Source of the DNA: an uncultured Verrucomicrobiota bacterium
GTDB taxonomy: Bacteria > Verrucomicrobiota > Verrucomicrobiia > Limisphaerales > CAIMTB01
Direction of reading: 5' to 3'
DNA: 59,134 nt
Assembly: GCA_903844265.1 (NCBI GenBank)
Contig: CAIMTB010000475.1
Location: 1-59,134, forward strand
In this document: piece by piece, positions 47,578 to 57,989 of the stretch
Position numbering within the stretch: the first letter of the stretch is position 1
Layout: each line of letters opens with the position of its first letter
Notes under the pieces: generated by a model
The model's input: the letters and a program-made list of their open reading frames with translations, nothing else
Database searches by the model: none
Told to the model about the DNA's origin: nothing
Made by a program: the position numbers and the translations under genes

Positions 47578-49080
47578 TCAGTAGCGGTAATGCTCCGGCT
47601 TGTACGGGCCCTCGACCGGCACGCCGAGATACTCGGCCTGCTTCTTCGTGAGCTTGGTCAGCTTGACGCCTATCTTGTCGAGATGCAGCCGGGCGACCTC
47701 CTCGTCCAGCTTCTTGGGCAGGCGATAGACGGTCTTGTCGTACTTGTCGCGGTTGGTCCAGAGGTCGATCTGCGCGAGGGTCTGATTGGTGAATGAGTTC
47801 GACATCACGAAGCTCGGATGGCCGGTGGCGCAACCCAGGTTCACGAGCCGACCTTCCGCCAGGAGATAGAGGCTGCGTCCGTTCGGCAGGAAATAGCGGT
47901 CGTACTGGGGCTTGATGTTCTGGATGCGGACGCCCTTGTGCCCCTTGAGGAGGTCGACCTGGATCTCGTTGTCGAAGTGGCCGATGTTGCAGACGATTGC
48001 CTGGTCCTTCATCTGGAGCATGTGCTCCACGGTGATGATATCGCAGTTGCCGGTGGTGGTGACGTAGATGTCACCCGCGCCCAGCGTGCTTTCGATGGTG
48101 TTGACCTCGAAGCCCTCCATCGCCGCCTGCAACGCGTTGATCGGATCCACCTCGGTGACGATGACCCGCGCGCCATAGGCCCGCATGGAATGGGCGCTGC
48201 CCTTGCCGACATCGCCATAGCCGCAAACCACCACCACCTTGCCCGCGATCATCACGTCGGTCGCCCGCTTGATGCCGTCCGCGAGCGACTCGCGACAGCC
48301 GTAGAGATTGTCGAACTTCGACTTGGTGACCGAGTCGTTCACGTTGATGGCAGGCACGAGAAGCTTGCCCACCTGGGCGAGCTGATACAGGCGATGCACG
48401 CCGGTGGTCGTCTCCTCCGACACGCCGCGCCAGGCCTTCACGATCTTCGTCCAGATGCCGGGCAACCCCTTCGCCGTGCTCTTGAGCAAGGCCTTCACAA
48501 CCGACACCTCATGGCTGTCGCTCGGCTCGTTCACCCACTTGCTGCCCTGCTCCATCTCATAACCCTTGTGGATCAGCATCGTCACGTCGCCGCCGTCGTC
48601 AACCACCAGCTCCGGCCCGAGATTGCCGGGATGGATGACCGCCTTGAGCGTGAGATCCCAGTATTCCTCGAGCGTCTCGCCCTTCCACGCGAACACCGGC
48701 GTCCCCGTCTCCGCGATGGCGGAAGCGGCATGGTCCTGGGTCGAGAAGATGTTGCAGCTCGCCCACCGGACCGACGCGCCCAATTCGACCAGCGTCTCGA
48801 TGAGCACCGCGGTCTCGATGGTCATGTGCAGCGATCCCGTGATACGCACGCCCTTGAGCGGCTTCTGCTTCGAGTGCTTCTTGCGCACCGACATCAGACC
48901 GGGCATCTCGTGCTCGGCCACCGAGATCTGCTTGCGGCCCCATTCGGCCAGCGCGATGTCACGGACGACGTAATCCTTGCCCGACGGCGTGAGCCCGGAG
49001 TAGGCAACGAGGTTCGCCCTGGCGGCACTGGCCTCGGCGATGACCGCCACGGCGGCCGCGGATTTCCTTGATTTGGCCAT
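47578..49080 (-). CDS. ahcY: Adenosylhomocysteinase
   Basis: [46 protein letters not shown] (NAD site), NIGHFDNEI, and the C-terminal YRY. About 35 aa of N-terminal extension relative to typical AhcY. Confidence 0.95.
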   Translation of the reverse strand: MAKSRKSAAAVAVIAEASAARANLVAYSGLTPSGKDYVVRDIALAEWGRKQISVAEHEMPGLMSVRKKHSKQKPLKGVRITGSLHMTIETAVLIETLVELGASVRWASCNIFSTQDHAASAIAETGTPVFAWKGETLEEYWDLTLKAVIHPGNLGPELVVDDGGDVTMLIHKGYEMEQGSKWVNEPSDSHEVSVVKALLKSTAKGLPGIWTKIVKAWRGVSEETTTGVHRLYQLAQVGKLLVPAINVNDSVTKSKFDNLYGCRESLADGIKRATDVMIAGKVVVVCGYGDVGKGSAHSMRAYGARVIVTEVDPINALQAAMEGFEVNTIESTLGAGDIYVTTTGNCDIITVEHMLQMKDQAIVCNIGHFDNEIQVDLLKGHKGVRIQNIKPQYDRYFLPNGRSLYLLAEGRLVNLGCATGHPSFVMSNSFTNQTLAQIDLWTNRDKYDKTVYRLPKKLDEEVARLHLDKIGVKLTKLTKKQAEYLGVPVEGPYKPEHYRY

Positions 49081-49202
49081 AAATAGAAAGGGAGTTGGAA
49101 TGAGTTACAGAAATAGGGAACGAGCGGGAAAACCCCGCGGCGGACACTTCCCGGCAAACCGGGAACCCCTGCCCGCCACGGGATCCAAGATGTCAGGAGG
49201 TC

Positions 49203-50384
49203 TTACTTGACCGCCTTCTGCAGCGCCTTCGTCTTGTCCGTGGCCTCCCAGGTCAGGTCCTTGTCGGACTTGCCGAAGTGCCCGTAGTTCGTGGTCTTGC
49301 CGTAGATCGGCCGGAGCAGGTTGAGCTGCTTCACGATGTCCGCGGGCTTGAAGCTGAAGACCCGCTGCACGGCGTCGGTGATGACCTCATCCGTCAATCC
49401 CTCCTTGGCCGTTCCAAACGTGTTCACATACACGCTCACCGGGTCCGGGTAGCCGATGGCATAGGCAAACTGCACCTCGCAATGCCGCGCCAACCCCGCC
49501 GCCACCACGTTCTTCGCCACGTAACGACCCATGTACGCCGCGCTCCGGTCGACCTTCGACGGATCCTTGCCCGAGAACGCCCCGCCACCGTGACGACCCC
49601 AGCCACCATAGCTGTCGACGATGATCTTGCGCCCCGTGAGCCCGGTGTCGCCCTGCGGCCCACCCACGACGAAACGCCCGGTCGGATTGATGAGATACAA
49701 CGTGTCCTTGGTCAGCATCTCCGCCGGCAGGACCTTGCGGATCACCTGCTCGATGCAGAACTCCTCGATCGTCTTGTGGTCCACCTCCGACGCGTGCTGC
49801 GTCGAAATGACCACATTCGTGATCCGTACCGGCTGGTCGTCGACGTACTCCACCGACACCTGCGACTTCGCGTCCGGCCGCAGCCACGGCGCAAGCTTGC
49901 CGGCCTTCCGGATCCGCGTGAGCTCCCGCCCCAGGCGATGCGCAAACATGATCGGCGACGGCATCAACTCCTGGGTCTCGTCGCACGCATAGCCGAACAT
50001 CAAACCCTGGTCGCCCGCACCCTGCTCCGCCTTCTTCTTCCCCTTCGCCGCCTTCGCATCCACCCCCTGCGCAATATCCGGCGACTGCTGCGTGACGTAG
50101 ACGTTCACGAAAACACGGTCCGCGTGGAACACGTCGTCGTCGTTCACATACCCGATCTCGCGGATCGCGCCCCGCGCAATCTTGGCGAAGTCCAGCTTGG
50201 CCTTGGTGGTGATCTCACCGCCCACCACGACCATGTTGCTCTTGGCGTAAGTCTCGCACGCCACGCGACTGTTCCGATCCTGCTCCAGGCAGGCGTCGAG
50301 TACGGCGTCAGAGATCGTGTCACAGACCTTGTCGGGGTGGCCTTCGCCGACCGACTCGGACGAGAAGATGAAGCGTTTGCTCAT
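49203..50384 (-). CDS. metK: S-adenosylmethionine synthetase
   Basis: [44 protein letters not shown], and [19 protein letters not shown]. Confidence 0.95.
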   Translation of the reverse strand: MSKRFIFSSESVGEGHPDKVCDTISDAVLDACLEQDRNSRVACETYAKSNMVVVGGEITTKAKLDFAKIARGAIREIGYVNDDDVFHADRVFVNVYVTQQSPDIAQGVDAKAAKGKKKAEQGAGDQGLMFGYACDETQELMPSPIMFAHRLGRELTRIRKAGKLAPWLRPDAKSQVSVEYVDDQPVRITNVVISTQHASEVDHKTIEEFCIEQVIRKVLPAEMLTKDTLYLINPTGRFVVGGPQGDTGLTGRKIIVDSYGGWGRHGGGAFSGKDPSKVDRSAAYMGRYVAKNVVAAGLARHCEVQFAYAIGYPDPVSVYVNTFGTAKEGLTDEVITDAVQRVFSFKPADIVKQLNLLRPIYGKTTNYGHFGKSDKDLTWEATDKTKALQKAVK

Positions 50385-50439
50385 TCGATGATGGTTGTCG
50401 TTGACCCGCGGCTTGCGGGATCATATTAACGTATCCGGA

Positions 50440-50472
50440 TTTGACGATACGTCCCCCGGACGCCGCGTCAAA
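50440..50472. promoter_or_regulatory. Divergent metK / sahR-like control region: candidate metK promoter plus nested inverted repeat
   Basis: Minus strand: TTGACG (50466-50471) -N16- TATCGT (50444-50449). The same DNA is the inverted repeat TTTGACG-N19-CGTCAAA with an inner CGTCC-ccc-GGACG. Confidence 0.35.
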
Positions 50473-50485
50473 CGCCTTTTTTCCG

Positions 50486-51415
50486 ATGGCCTCCATCCTC
50501 AAGTGCCTCCGCGCCCTCGCCGACCCGACCCGGCTGCGTCTCCTCGCGGCGCTCGAGAAGGGGGAGGTCTCGGTCCACGAACTGCAGCAGATCACCAATC
50601 TCGTGCAGTCCCGCATCTCGACCCACCTTGCGCTGCTGCAGGAGGCCGGGCTGGTCCAGTCGCGACGCGAAGGCAAGCGTGCGCTCTACCGCCTGGTGGC
50701 AGATCCCGAGGCGGGGCTCAACGAGCAGATCCAGCTTGGCCTGCGCGCGGCTCGCGAGCTTCCCGAGCACGAGGCTGACGCCGCGAATCACCGCCGCGTG
50801 CTCACGCTCCGCGAGGACCACGCCAAGCTCCTTTTCAATCAGGTGGCCGGCCGCTTCGACCGGAGCTACGGCCCGGGCCGATCGTGGCAGGCCTTCGGCC
50901 AGATGCTGCTCCGACTGCTGCCGCCGCTGGACGTCGCCGACCTCGGCTCGGGCGAAGGGCTCCTGGGCGAACTGCTCGCGCTCCGCTGCCGCCGCGTGAT
51001 CGCCGTCGACAACTCCGAAAAGATCATCGCGTTCGCCGCCGCCAAGGCCCGCAAATCGGGAATCAAGAATCTCGAATTCCGCCTCGGCGACCTCGAGGAG
51101 CCGCCGATCGAGAAGTCGAGTGTCGACCTCGTGATTCTCAGCCAGGCCCTGCATCACGCCGCCGACCCCGCCCGAGCGATCCAGTCCGCCCACCGCATCC
51201 TGCGTCCACGAGGACAGATCATGATCCTCGACCTGCGCCAGCACGCGTTCGCCCAGGCCCGGCAACTGTACGGCGATCTCCGGTTGGGATTCGCGGAGAG
51301 CGACCTGACGCGCTGGCTCGAGGCCGCGGGATTCCATGACCTCGAGGTCTCCGTCGTCGCGCGCGAAGATCAACCCCCGCATTTCGAGACCCTGCTCGCG
51401 ACAGGCACGAAGTGA
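50486..51415 (+). CDS. sahR: ArsR-type HTH fused to a class I SAM-methyltransferase-like domain (SahR-like regulator of the methyl cycle)
   Basis: ATG 50486 (the tracked start 50441 is TTG). LADPTRLRLLAALEKGEVSVHELQQITNLVQSRISTHLALLQEAGLV (ArsR HTH), then VADLGSGEGLLG (SAM motif I) ...VDLVILSQALHH. Divergent from metK-ahcY. Confidence 0.7.
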   Translation: MASILKCLRALADPTRLRLLAALEKGEVSVHELQQITNLVQSRISTHLALLQEAGLVQSRREGKRALYRLVADPEAGLNEQIQLGLRAARELPEHEADAANHRRVLTLREDHAKLLFNQVAGRFDRSYGPGRSWQAFGQMLLRLLPPLDVADLGSGEGLLGELLALRCRRVIAVDNSEKIIAFAAAKARKSGIKNLEFRLGDLEEPPIEKSSVDLVILSQALHHAADPARAIQSAHRILRPRGQIMILDLRQHAFAQARQLYGDLRLGFAESDLTRWLEAAGFHDLEVSVVAREDQPPHFETLLATGTK

Positions 51416-51595
51416 CGGGCTGACCGTCCTCCGCTCGGCGTTGCCGCTTCATCCCTCGGAGTGAGGAGCTTGCGCGAGTCCTGCTGCATGGATTGCGCTC
51501 TCGATCCCGGTGGCTGAGAGTGTCGGAAGGCTGTCGTTCGCCTGGCCCGCCCGTTCGATGTTTTGGGGGCGCCGGGCGATGCCACCAAACGCCCC

Positions 51596-54500
51596 ATGTT
51601 CCGTCATTCCTCAATCGCCCTCTGGGTCTCGTTGCTCCTTGGCATCACCGCCGTCTCGAACCCTTCCGCCTCCCGCGCCCAACCGCTCGTCCCCCTCGAC
51701 GTAGGGACGGTGGTCGCCGGGTTCCAGGATGACTTCCCGGGCACGACCCTCAATGCCGCCTGGATCCCGGTCGGCGCGACCGACATCTATTCGGTCTCGG
51801 ACGGCGTGCTGCACGTGAGCACCACCGGCGGTGATCCCAACCACCTGCTCTATGCCGGCGCGCGATACGACGGCACGACCCAGGAGGTGCTCGCGCGGAT
51901 CCGGGTCAACCAGTTTGGAACCGGCGATCCCGCCCGCGGTGGAATCGGCGTCGGCGTCGATCCCACGTCCAGCCAGGGCATCAACCTGCATTTCCGTGAC
52001 GGGCCGCTCAACGGGCAGAGCGGCCCGCACGTCTCTCTCCTCGATGATTTCCGTGCCTGGGGGCCCGCGCAGGCGTTTCCGTGGAAGACGAATACCTGGT
52101 ACTGGCTGCGGCTTCGCCAGGAACCCGATGCCCCAGCCCAAGGTGCCGCCTCGGACGTCTTCGCCAAGATATGGCCCGCGGACGGACTCACTCCGGAGCC
52201 GGCCACCTGGTTGACCTACGACTACATACCGTCGCGCTCGATCCGCACCGGCCTCGCCGGAATAACGGCCGGCAGTTCGGCCGGCACCTCGGAGTTCGAT
52301 GTCGATTACATCCTGATCAAGGCCGCGGGTCTTCCTTCCATCACCGCCGCGCCGGGCGCCTTCCCCCTGTTCCATCCAGGCCCGATCCTCCTCACGAACC
52401 AACCCCCGGACCTGACCACCACCGCATGTTCCACCGCTGAATTCCGCATCGGCATCGACGGCACGCCGCCCTACCGGTTCCAGTGGTACCGAAACGGTGC
52501 CGCGATCCCCGGCGCAACCCAGGCCAGCCTCATCCTCCCCGCAGTGGCGCTGTCGGATGACGGCACGGTGTTCACGGTCACCGCGAGCAACATCACCGCC
52601 AGCCAAACCAACACCGTCACCAGCCGAAACGCGATCCTTCGGGTGGCTCCCGACCCCGTCCCACCCGCGCTGCTGGGCATCGTGCACGACGGCGATCTGA
52701 CCGCCGTGAAACTCACTTTCTCCAAGCCCATCGCGGTCCAGGGCGCCACCAACCCAGGTAACTTCCAGATAGCCGGCCCCAACGGACCTCTCGCCGTAAC
52801 CTCCGCCAGACCTGGCGCCGATCCCGGCGACATCCTGCTCACGACCGCCATCCAATCCGAAGGCACGACCTACTCGGTCATCGCGAACCATCTCACCGAC
52901 GCCTGCACGGGCCTCTCACCCGTGGCGGCCGACTCGAAGGCCGATTTCACCGCCCGAAGTTACTCGTCCACCGACATCGGCGGTGCCACCCCGCCTGGAT
53001 CCACCCTGGCCGTCCCTGGCGGTTATGACCTCATCGGAGGTGGCGCTGGCACCCTCGGTATTTCGGACCAATTCCAGTTCGGCCTGCGTCCAAGGATCGG
53101 CGATTTCGACGTCCGCGTGCGCGTCGCGGACCTGGTGGGCCCCGATTCCTGGAGCGAGGCAGGCCTGATGTTGCGCCATTCCACGACCTCCGGAAGCCGC
53201 TTCGCCTTCGTGTTCGCCACGCCCGGGATTTCAGGCGCCGCGTTCCGGTCCCGCGCCACCGATGCCTCCGCCGCCTCCCAGTCCGGATCCTACCCGGTGA
53301 ATTTCCCCAACACCTGGCTTCGACTGAAGCGCGCTGGAAATCTGGTCACCGGGTTCGCTTCTCGCGACGGGCAGGCGTGGTCCCTGCTCGGTTCCGCGAC
53401 CCTGAGCTTCTCGGGGCAGCCCTACCTCGGGTTCGCGGTTGCCAGTCACAACCCGGCGCAGACCTCGAAAGCGTCGTTCCGCGACCTGTCCGACGTGGTC
53501 AACCCCACGGCCGAAGACAACCCGCCTACTCTCGAGGCCTTCGGTCAAAGCAATCGCAAGACCGGCCTGGTCATTTCTGAGATCCATTATCACCCCGGAA
53601 CCCACGCCGGCTTCCCGGGTGTGACTCCCGGAGCCGCAACATTGCCACAACTCGAATTCGTCGAACTGCTCAACACCACCGGCATTCCCGAGGACATCAG
53701 CGGCTGCCGGATCGACGGCGATGTGCATTTCACCTTTCCTGACCCTACCGTCATTCCCGGAGGCGCTTGCCTGGTCGTGGCTCGATCCCCATCCGACCTG
53801 CAGTCGGCTTACTCACTCACCGGAGTTCTTGGACCCTACTCCGGCTCCCTTCCGAATAACTCCGGCAGGATACAATTCCGCAACCCCGCCGGGGCCATCC
53901 TGCTTGAGGTCAACTACGACAGCGCGCCCCCGTGGCCGGCCTCCGCCGACGGTGCCGGACATTCCCTGGTCCTCTCGCATCCATCGTTCGGTGAAAACGA
54001 CCCGAGAGCCTGGGCCGCGAGTGACCGGGTGGGCGGTTCCCCCGGCCACCTCGACACCCTGGACCCCGAACCCCTGCGCTCCCTGGTCCTCAATGAGTTC
54101 CTGGCCCACTCCGAGTCAGGACCCGCGGACTTTGTCGAACTCTACAACCACTCCAACGGTCCACTCGACATCTCAGGCTGCGTCCTCACCGACGACCCCG
54201 GCCTGGATCTCTATATCGTGCCCGGCGGAACCCTCCTTCCCCCGCGGGGCCACGTGGCCTTCGACCAGGACAAGCTCGGCTTCGCCCTCCAGGCGTCCGG
54301 CGGAACCCTGTATCTCCGCAATCCTTCCGGCAACCGGGTGCTCGACGCCGTCCGCTATGAGGCGCAGTCCGACGGCTTGACCTTCGGGCGTTGTCCCGAT
54401 GGATCGCCTGCCTGGCGGCCGCTGGCGTCGCCAAGCCCAGGATCCTCAAACGCAACCCGCTTCCTCGGCGACATCGTCCTGAACGAAATCCATCACCACC

Positions 54501-57500
54501 CCGTCTCCGGCCTCGACGACGACCAGTTTGTCGAACTGTTCAACCGCGGCACCCGGACGATCGACGTCGGCGGTTGGCAATTCGTGGCCGGGATCAGGTT
54601 CACCTTCCCGACCAACACGCTCATCGCCCCCAGGGCCTATCTCGTCGTCGGCCGCAACGCCGCACGCCTTCGCGCCGCCAACCCTTCCCTGGGGCCCGCA
54701 GCCATCCTCGGGGATTTCCAGGGAACCCTCGCGCACGCCGGCGAACGCCTCGCCCTGGCCCGCCCTGAGCTGCTCACCCGACCCGACCCGGCCGGCGGCC
54801 AACCCTCGACCAACTCGATCCTCTGCGTGGTCGCCGAAGTCACCTACAAGGACGCCGGCCGCTGGGGCCAATGGTCCGCGGGCGGCGGCAGCAGCATGGA
54901 ACTTATCCACCCCGACGCAGATCCCCAGCTTCCCGCCAACTGGGCCGACAGCGACGATACCGGCAAGGCGACCTGGACCGTCATCACCGCCTCAGGCACC
55001 GCCGACAATGGCAGCACTACCGGCGATTCACTCCAGGTCCTCCTCCAAAGCGCCGGTGAGGCTCTCATCGACGACGTCCAGGTCTTGAACGCCCAGGGCG
55101 TCAACCTTGTCGCGAACAGCACCTTCGAAGCGGGCGCGAACGGCTGGGTCGCCGAAGGAACGATGAATCGGTCGAGCCTCGAAACCACGGAGGGTTACAA
55201 TGGCGGGCAATCCTTCCACCTCCGCGCCGTGGAGCGCGGAGACAATCAGGTGAACCGCGTCCGAACCAGGCTGTCCTCCAAGGTCACGGCCAACACCACC
55301 GTGACCATCCGCGCCAAGGTCCGATGGCTCAAGGGCTCCCCGAGCATCCTCTTCCGGATCCGCGGCAACTGGGTCGAAGCCGCCGCCAACCTCAATCTCC
55401 CCTCCTGCTCCGGCACTCCCGGCACGCGGAACAGCCGCGCCCTGGCCTCCGCACCACCCACCCTCAGCGACGTCGTCCATTCCCCGGTGCTACCCGCCGA
55501 CCGACAGGATGTCCGAGTCACCGCCCGCGTCGATTTCAGCCACCGCCCCACGGCGGTCCGGCTCATCTACCGGCTCGACCCCGCCACGACTTACAAGACT
55601 GTCGCCATGACCGACGATGGCACCGGCGGCGACACGATCCCAGATGACGGGACCTACACCGGCACAATTCCCGGCCAACCCACCGGGACCACCGCCGTCT
55701 TCAGGGTCGAGGCGGTCGACGGACTCGGCGTCGCTTCGCAGTTCCCCGCCGCGCCGCTCGGCGAATGCCTGGTCCGCTTCGGCGAGTTGCAACCCACGGG
55801 GAACCTTCCCGTCTACAGGATCTGGATGACCCAGGCCAACTACAACTACTGGAGGTCACGGAACCACCTCGACAACAGCCCCATCGACGTCACGTTCGTG
55901 CTGGGCAACCAGCGCGTGATCTACAACGCGGTAGCCCTCTACGCCGGCAGTCCCTACATCGCCCCGGGTTACTGCGGCCCCGACTGCGGCCGTTGCGGCT
56001 ACAGCGTCTCCGTCCCGGCCGACGACGCCCTCCTCGGAAGCACCGACATCGTCCTCGACTGGCCTGGCGGTCACGGGAATGAGTCGACCGCGATGCAGGA
56101 GCAGATGGCGTATTGGCTCGCCGGCAGGATGGGGCTCCCTACCTGTCATCGCTACCCCATCCGGCTTCATGTCAACGGCGTGACCGACGAGCAGCGCGGC
56201 TCCATCTTCGAGGCGGTCAACCAACCCGCCTCTGAATTCCTCAAGGCCTGGGTCCCGGGCGATTCCAACGGCGATTTTTACAAGGTGGACCGCGCCTTCG
56301 ATTTCGACGACTCCGGCAACCTTGTCGCCGACCCGATGCCGACGCTCCAGGTTTTCAACACGACAGGCGGGGTGAAGAAGACCGCCCGCTATCGCTGGAA
56401 CTGGAACAAGCGGGCCGTGAACAACCCCAACGATTACACGAACATCTTCGCTCTCGTGGATGCCCTGAACGCCGCAGGCCCGGAACCCTACACCTCGCGC
56501 ACCGAGTCACTGGTCGACATCGAGGAATGGATGGGGATCTTCGCGGCGGAACATATCATCATCAACTTCGACAGCTGGGGCCATGATATCCCCAAGAACA
56601 TGTACATCTACAAACCCCAGAACGGAAAATGGCAGATCTACATGTTCGACCTGGACTGGCTCATGCTCGCATCGGTGAATTACAAGTCCGATTACACCGC
56701 CAAACTCGCCCCACTGTTCGTGAGCAGCGATCCCACGGTGACCCGGATGTACGCCCACCCCCCCTTCCGACGGGCCTACTATCGAGCCGTCAAGACCGCC
56801 GTCGACGGCCCCCTCCTCGCAGCGAATTGTGAGCCGCTCATGGACGCGAGGTATGCCTCCTACCTTGCGAACGGCGTGAAAGTCTGCGACGGCCAGACAC
56901 TCACTCCACCCAACGCGGTCAAGACCTGGTTCCGAGACCGCCGCACCGCGCTCATCGCCGAACTCAAAAAGGTCGCCGCTGAATTCACACTGTCCGGAGC
57001 CTCCCAGCTCACCACCACCACCAGCCCGATCACCCTCAAGGGAACCGCGCCCATCCAGGTGAAGACACTCCAGCTCAACGGCGTCGATATTCCCGTGACC
57101 TGGACCTCGGTCACGAACTGGTCCGCATCCATCCCCCTGCTCCACAGCACCAACGAGGTCGCCCTGGCAGGACTCGGCGTGGACGGCCAACCCCTGCCCG
57201 GCCTCACGGTGACCGCCACAGTGCGCTACACCGGAGCCCTACCCCCATCGCCCGCCGTCCTCGTCAACGAATGGATGGCCTCCAATACAAAGACCCTCGC
57301 GGATCTCTCCGGCCCAGCCCCGCGCTACGATGACTGGTTCGAACTCTACAACGCCGGCAGCTCACCCGCCGATCTTCAGGGGTTCTATCTCACCGACTCA
57401 CTTGCCAACCGCTCCCAGTTTCTCATCCCCGCGGGTTATATCATCCCTCCGGGCGGACATCTCCTGGTCTGGGCGGACAATCAACCGGAGGAAAACCTTC

Positions 57501-57937
57501 CCGGCCGACCCGAGCTCCACGTCAATTTTCAACTGTCGGCACAGGGTGAAGCCATCGGCCTCTTCGCCCCGGACGGCACGACGGTGGACTCAGTCACGTT
57601 CGGCCCACAAGCCAGCGACGTGAGCGAGGGCCGCTGCCCCGATGGCTCCGCCACGATTCTTCCCATCGACCCGTCCTCTCCCGGGACAGCCAACACGTGT
57701 CGCCCCGAGCTCCCCACGCCTTCGCTGTCCTGGACCCAGCGCGCAGCGGAGACGTTCGCGTTGGTCGCCGCAACCCAGCCCGGCCTTCGCTACCAACTCG
57801 AGACCCGTGACACCCTCGAGGGCGGACCGTGGACTCCGTTCGGCACGGAGACGGTGGCCACGGGCCCAAGCCTTTCGTTTGACATCAACACATCGACAAG
57901 CTCCCAGCACTTCTATCGCCTCCGTGTGACGAGGTAG
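51596..57937 (+). CDS. Giant secreted multidomain protein: LamG/DUF1080-like, Ig-like, four lamin-tail (LTD) domains and a CotH kinase-like domain
   Basis: ATG 51596 gives signal peptide MFRHSSIALWVSLLLGITAVSNPSASRA. LTD signatures are ISEIHYHP...EFVELLN, LNEFLAH...DFVELYN, LNEIHHHP...QFVELFN, and VNEWMAS...DWFELYN. CotH-like: YRIWMTQANYNYW... and IINFDSWGHDIPKNMYIYKPQNGKWQIYMFDLDW. Confidence 0.8.
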   Translation: MFRHSSIALWVSLLLGITAVSNPSASRAQPLVPLDVGTVVAGFQDDFPGTTLNAAWIPVGATDIYSVSDGVLHVSTTGGDPNHLLYAGARYDGTTQEVLARIRVNQFGTGDPARGGIGVGVDPTSSQGINLHFRDGPLNGQSGPHVSLLDDFRAWGPAQAFPWKTNTWYWLRLRQEPDAPAQGAASDVFAKIWPADGLTPEPATWLTYDYIPSRSIRTGLAGITAGSSAGTSEFDVDYILIKAAGLPSITAAPGAFPLFHPGPILLTNQPPDLTTTACSTAEFRIGIDGTPPYRFQWYRNGAAIPGATQASLILPAVALSDDGTVFTVTASNITASQTNTVTSRNAILRVAPDPVPPALLGIVHDGDLTAVKLTFSKPIAVQGATNPGNFQIAGPNGPLAVTSARPGADPGDILLTTAIQSEGTTYSVIANHLTDACTGLSPVAADSKADFTARSYSSTDIGGATPPGSTLAVPGGYDLIGGGAGTLGISDQFQFGLRPRIGDFDVRVRVADLVGPDSWSEAGLMLRHSTTSGSRFAFVFATPGISGAAFRSRATDASAASQSGSYPVNFPNTWLRLKRAGNLVTGFASRDGQAWSLLGSATLSFSGQPYLGFAVASHNPAQTSKASFRDLSDVVNPTAEDNPPTLEAFGQSNRKTGLVISEIHYHPGTHAGFPGVTPGAATLPQLEFVELLNTTGIPEDISGCRIDGDVHFTFPDPTVIPGGACLVVARSPSDLQSAYSLTGVLGPYSGSLPNNSGRIQFRNPAGAILLEVNYDSAPPWPASADGAGHSLVLSHPSFGENDPRAWAASDRVGGSPGHLDTLDPEPLRSLVLNEFLAHSESGPADFVELYNHSNGPLDISGCVLTDDPGLDLYIVPGGTLLPPRGHVAFDQDKLGFALQASGGTLYLRNPSGNRVLDAVRYEAQSDGLTFGRCPDGSPAWRPLASPSPGSSNATRFLGDIVLNEIHHHPVSGLDDDQFVELFNRGTRTIDVGGWQFVAGIRFTFPTNTLIAPRAYLVVGRNAARLRAANPSLGPAAILGDFQGTLAHAGERLALARPELLTRPDPAGGQPSTNSILCVVAEVTYKDAGRWGQWSAGGGSSMELIHPDADPQLPANWADSDDTGKATWTVITASGTADNGSTTGDSLQVLLQSAGEALIDDVQVLNAQGVNLVANSTFEAGANGWVAEGTMNRSSLETTEGYNGGQSFHLRAVERGDNQVNRVRTRLSSKVTANTTVTIRAKVRWLKGSPSILFRIRGNWVEAAANLNLPSCSGTPGTRNSRALASAPPTLSDVVHSPVLPADRQDVRVTARVDFSHRPTAVRLIYRLDPATTYKTVAMTDDGTGGDTIPDDGTYTGTIPGQPTGTTAVFRVEAVDGLGVASQFPAAPLGECLVRFGELQPTGNLPVYRIWMTQANYNYWRSRNHLDNSPIDVTFVLGNQRVIYNAVALYAGSPYIAPGYCGPDCGRCGYSVSVPADDALLGSTDIVLDWPGGHGNESTAMQEQMAYWLAGRMGLPTCHRYPIRLHVNGVTDEQRGSIFEAVNQPASEFLKAWVPGDSNGDFYKVDRAFDFDDSGNLVADPMPTLQVFNTTGGVKKTARYRWNWNKRAVNNPNDYTNIFALVDALNAAGPEPYTSRTESLVDIEEWMGIFAAEHIIINFDSWGHDIPKNMYIYKPQNGKWQIYMFDLDWLMLASVNYKSDYTAKLAPLFVSSDPTVTRMYAHPPFRRAYYRAVKTAVDGPLLAANCEPLMDARYASYLANGVKVCDGQTLTPPNAVKTWFRDRRTALIAELKKVAAEFTLSGASQLTTTTSPITLKGTAPIQVKTLQLNGVDIPVTWTSVTNWSASIPLLHSTNEVALAGLGVDGQPLPGLTVTATVRYTGALPPSPAVLVNEWMASNTKTLADLSGPAPRYDDWFELYNAGSSPADLQGFYLTDSLANRSQFLIPAGYIIPPGGHLLVWADNQPEENLPGRPELHVNFQLSAQGEAIGLFAPDGTTVDSVTFGPQASDVSEGRCPDGSATILPIDPSSPGTANTCRPELPTPSLSWTQRAAETFALVAATQPGLRYQLETRDTLEGGPWTPFGTETVATGPSLSFDINTSTSSQHFYRLRVTR

Positions 57938-57972
57938 CTCCCTCCATCGAATCGCGCCTTGATGGAGGGCGC
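57937..57972. terminator. Hairpin between convergent genes (possible bidirectional terminator)
   Basis: CCCTCCATC (57940-57948) / GATGGAGGG (57961-57969), a perfect 9-bp stem with a 12-nt loop. No clear T-tract. Confidence 0.35.
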
Positions 57973-57989
57973 CGGCCCACGGGAATTCG

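Noticed and set aside
49081-49202. SAH riboswitch upstream of ahcY, and a SAM riboswitch in the metK leader (50385-50443)
   Set aside because: The ahcY-metK spacer contains hairpins (TTCCCGG-tttg-CCGGGAA; GCGGG-gtttt-CCCGC), but I could not match the conserved SAH-riboswitch core. The metK leader is only about 55 nt, with one 5-bp hairpin. A protein regulator (SahR-like) is encoded next door. A covariance-model scan (Rfam) would settle it.
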